Positions 61,340 to 64,000 of a stretch of 64,000 bases of DNA are shown one piece after another. The position numbers and the translations under genes are program-made. The stretch covers positions 1-64,000 of the forward strand of contig JBBSQY010000008.1 in the NCBI GenBank assembly GCA_038243585.1, read 5' to 3'. This DNA is from Candidatus Sumerlaeales bacterium (GTDB lineage Bacteria; Sumerlaeota; Sumerlaeia; Sumerlaeales; Sumerlaeaceae). The notes below the pieces were generated by a model. The model searched no databases, was not told the DNA's origin, and saw only the letters and a list, made by a program, of their open reading frames with translations. Each line of letters begins with the position of its first letter. Positions within the stretch are counted from its first letter, which is position 1.

Positions 61340-61591
61340 TCACGGATTTATTTCGGCCTCCGCCGCTGATAACGCTGAGGTTAGGGGGCAATTCTTCTGT
61401 TTTCCAGAAGTTATATTTTTGACGGCTTCTGCGACTGAGGCGGCTGGAGTTACCTGCCTGCTTTTTCCATTGTTCCTATTTTTTCCTCCGCGATTTTCCC
61501 GGGCAGCGGACAAGGCGAGATTGCCGACGATGAGAGAGGCGCGCAAAGGGAAGACCTTACGGGCGGTCATTAGGTTATGGTTGTGTTTCAT
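61340..61591 (-). CDS. Possible small basic orphan protein (83 aa)
   Basis: GGAG RBS about 8 nt before the ATG; shares an upstream motif with the orphan at 2442; no recognisable domain. Confidence 0.35.
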   Translation of the reverse strand: MKHNHNLMTARKVFPLRASLIVGNLALSAARENRGGKNRNNGKSRQVTPAASVAEAVKNITSGKQKNCPLTSALSAAEAEINP

Positions 61592-61947
61592 CAGTACTTC
61601 TCCGGCAGAGTATGGTTTACCAAGAGAAATATAAGCAGGAGGAAACGGGGCAGGCTATTCCCGTACGGGTATCTCTGGATACGTATGGGTATCTAAAATG
61701 CAATGCAACCGCGGCGGGGCCCGACGATTTTACGACACAGCGCCTCCCGTCGTTCCGGCACAATAACGTGCGCCTGAATGAACGCGCGGAAGCTATAAGC
61801 TAATAAAGACCTGAAGATGTACCAGTTAAATGGCTTTGACCGCACTACCGTCGACGCGCACCAATGCGGCGGTGGCTTTGTTGCAAATGCCCACGACCTT
61901 AAGTTCAACGTTGACTGAAGTGGTGCTAGGCCCCCTTTTGCAAAGTC

Positions 61948-64000
61948 ATGAGTCATACGATATCACGCGAACCAATCACAGTCCTAAGTAGCATCATTGA
62001 TAATCTGGGCGATAACACACTTCGCAAAGCCCTGGAACAAATTAGCGAACATGGCCGCGAACTGTGGATTGCCACTGCGTTCTTCTCGTTAGATGCACTG
62101 AATATGATTGGTGAACACCTAGAACGGGCGGATCATGTGCGAATCCTGTTTGGCGATGACGCTTGTGCTCGTGATCGCAACGCCCTGTTAAATGCGATGC
62201 GCTACCGATCAGACGATGATCTCGAGAAGCAACGAGCCTCTGATCCGACACTTGCCGGCCTCAAATACGTTCAACAGATGATCACAGATGGCAAACTCCA
62301 GGCCCGTGTTTACACTCAGGAAAAGTTTCATGCGAAACTATACATTTCGCACCGCACCGGTTTCCCGCCAATCAGCGGTATAGTCGGTAGTGGCAATTTT
62401 ACGCGATCCGGGTTAACCCAGAACATTGAGCTGAATGTACACCTCACCCCAGACCAGACCGCACAGTTGGTCGACTGGTACAACCGGCGATGGGAAGAAG
62501 CCGTACAGGATGACATTACCCTTGTCCTCCGCGACGAGATCGAGCGACAGATTAAGCTATACGCCCCTTACGCTATTTACGTGAAAGCTCTCCTGACTTG
62601 GGGCGACTTCATACAGGGGCGAGAAGCCCCAAAGGAAATCTCAATCCTGCCGTTACTCGATCCTCACCAGGAGCACGCGTATCGTCAGGTGCTTCGGATT
62701 CTCCAGCGCGAGCCTGGCGCCATGCTATGTGACGGCGTGGGTCTTGGAAAATCTTTCGTCGCTCTTGCTCTAATGGAGCACTGGCTGTCTGAGGGCTCAA
62801 GAGTACTGCTTGTTGCGCCCAAAGCCATTTTGAAAAGCTCATGGGAAGGCTATCTTTACCGCTATCTGCGGAAGTACAGCCGCGGGTACGCCAACGTCGT
62901 GGCGCAACCCATGACATGGTTTGGTTTTGATCCGGAAACGAATGAATCCGAGCAGGAAACCCTGGAAGAGTATGCCAAACAGGCGGACGTTATTATCATT
63001 GACGAAAGTCACAACTTCCGCACTTCGTCCAGTCAACGATACAAAAATCTGTACGAGATTGTCGCCCCCAATGAGCGAGGGCGAAAAAAGATTGTTCTGC
63101 TCTCCGCAACCCCCATAAATACCCGCTACGAAGACCTGACAAACCAGCTGCAGCTACTCACCCATGATGATGGCAGAATCAGCGGCATTGCCCGGCTTCA
63201 GCTAAACCGCGAAGCGCGCCTGCGTGACAAGGATATGTCAGAGAAAGATGAAGAGGTCGCACAGGAAGACCTTTTCGACCTTAATAGAATTGCGTCTGAC
63301 CACAACCTTTTGGCGGCCGCTTTAGAGTCGGTAGTAGTTCAGCGATCAAGAAAAACCTGCCGCGAGCTGGCCACTGCTGCTGGAAAGCGCCTGCGATTCC
63401 CTTCCCGTAACAAGCCGCAGGAAGTCCGTTATGAGCTCAACTATGCGAACAACGAGCTTATTGAAAATGCCACCCACCGCTTTCGTGAATTAGGGGCCTA
63501 CCTGGCCGCATACCGCGATGCCGTCAGGAAAGCCGCAGATAAAGACGCTCCCATCCAGCTTCCACGAAAGAAGCCGACCGAAGGTCTGAAGTTCAGCGGA
63601 TACCTGCCCAATATCTTCCTGAAGGACCGCCCAACGTCGAAACGCGAATACCAGGTGGAAGCTTTTCTCGCAGGCATGATGTTTACAAACGTCATGAAAC
63701 AACTGGAAAGCTCCGCTCCCGCGTTTCGTTCCATCATATTATCTCTGGGTAATGGCTTGGCCCTGCGCCTGCGGCACTTTTGTGGTGATGATATCAAAGT
63801 CAAGGAAGCGCTCGAACTTCACGCGTCCTGGCTGCAATTACCCGAAAATCCGGTTTCTGATAAAGAAGAACGGGACAACGGGGATGAAGCCGAAGATGGA
63901 GTGGCCGATGAAGCAAGTGGCGGCGAAACAGACGATTACGTCTGCCGTGAAGAGCGCCGGGCGATAAAGCGGTTAAAGGATCTCGGATTCAGCGCAGAAA
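61948..64000 (+). CDS. PLD-like nuclease + SNF2-type helicase, 3' end outside window (missing from the ORF track)
   Basis: Hand translation from ATG 61948 finds no stop before 64000: IIDN, ATAFFS, KFHAKLYI, GSGNFTRSGLTQNIELN, CDGVGLGKS (Walker A), IIDESHNFR (Walker B), LLSATPIN, VQRSR, KQLESS. Confidence 0.92.
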   Translation, partial: MSHTISREPITVLSSIIDNLGDNTLRKALEQISEHGRELWIATAFFSLDALNMIGEHLERADHVRILFGDDACARDRNALLNAMRYRSDDDLEKQRASDPTLAGLKYVQQMITDGKLQARVYTQEKFHAKLYISHRTGFPPISGIVGSGNFTRSGLTQNIELNVHLTPDQTAQLVDWYNRRWEEAVQDDITLVLRDEIERQIKLYAPYAIYVKALLTWGDFIQGREAPKEISILPLLDPHQEHAYRQVLRILQREPGAMLCDGVGLGKSFVALALMEHWLSEGSRVLLVAPKAILKSSWEGYLYRYLRKYSRGYANVVAQPMTWFGFDPETNESEQETLEEYAKQADVIIIDESHNFRTSSSQRYKNLYEIVAPNERGRKKIVLLSATPINTRYEDLTNQLQLLTHDDGRISGIARLQLNREARLRDKDMSEKDEEVAQEDLFDLNRIASDHNLLAAALESVVVQRSRKTCRELATAAGKRLRFPSRNKPQEVRYELNYANNELIENATHRFRELGAYLAAYRDAVRKAADKDAPIQLPRKKPTEGLKFSGYLPNIFLKDRPTSKREYQVEAFLAGMMFTNVMKQLESSAPAFRSIILSLGNGLALRLRHFCGDDIKVKEALELHASWLQLPENPVSDKEERDNGDEAEDGVADEASGGETDDYVCREERRAIKRLKDLGFSAE

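Noticed and set aside
61948..64000. Assignment to DISARM or BREX
   Set aside because: No partner genes are visible, and the fused PLD-SNF2 layout does not by itself identify those systems

Overview
64 kb of bacterial chromosome, mostly housekeeping and cell-envelope genes: ilvA, ligA, a WecA/MraY-like gene, coaE, rho, glpD, hemW, acnA, htpG, ymdB and ffh. It also holds several secreted or surface proteins and a c-di-GMP signalling protein. I saw no rRNA, tRNA, CRISPR array, transposase or integrase. The C-terminal tails of two secreted proteins (..VPVSLSGFTLE* and ..AAVCGDWNLYY*) suggest Candidatus Sumerlaeota (BRC1); this is an inference from recall, not a search. Best candidate for an undescribed system: a gingipain/PorU-like C25 peptidase transcribed divergently from GT4 and GT-C-like (DUF2298/YYY) glycosyltransferase genes, which could act as a sorting and anchoring system for cargo carrying those short tails. 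Other notable items: (1) a DUF433-RNase HI fusion; (2) a PLD-nuclease/SNF2-helicase gene running off the right edge, absent from the ORF track and probably the start of a defence locus; (3) a DNA motif shared upstream of two orphan ORFs 59 kb apart; (4) an Acinetobacter-like ilvA; (5) Rho with a long disordered N-terminus; (6) REP-like palindromes and short tandem repeats. All family assignments come from motif recognition by eye; no database search was run.
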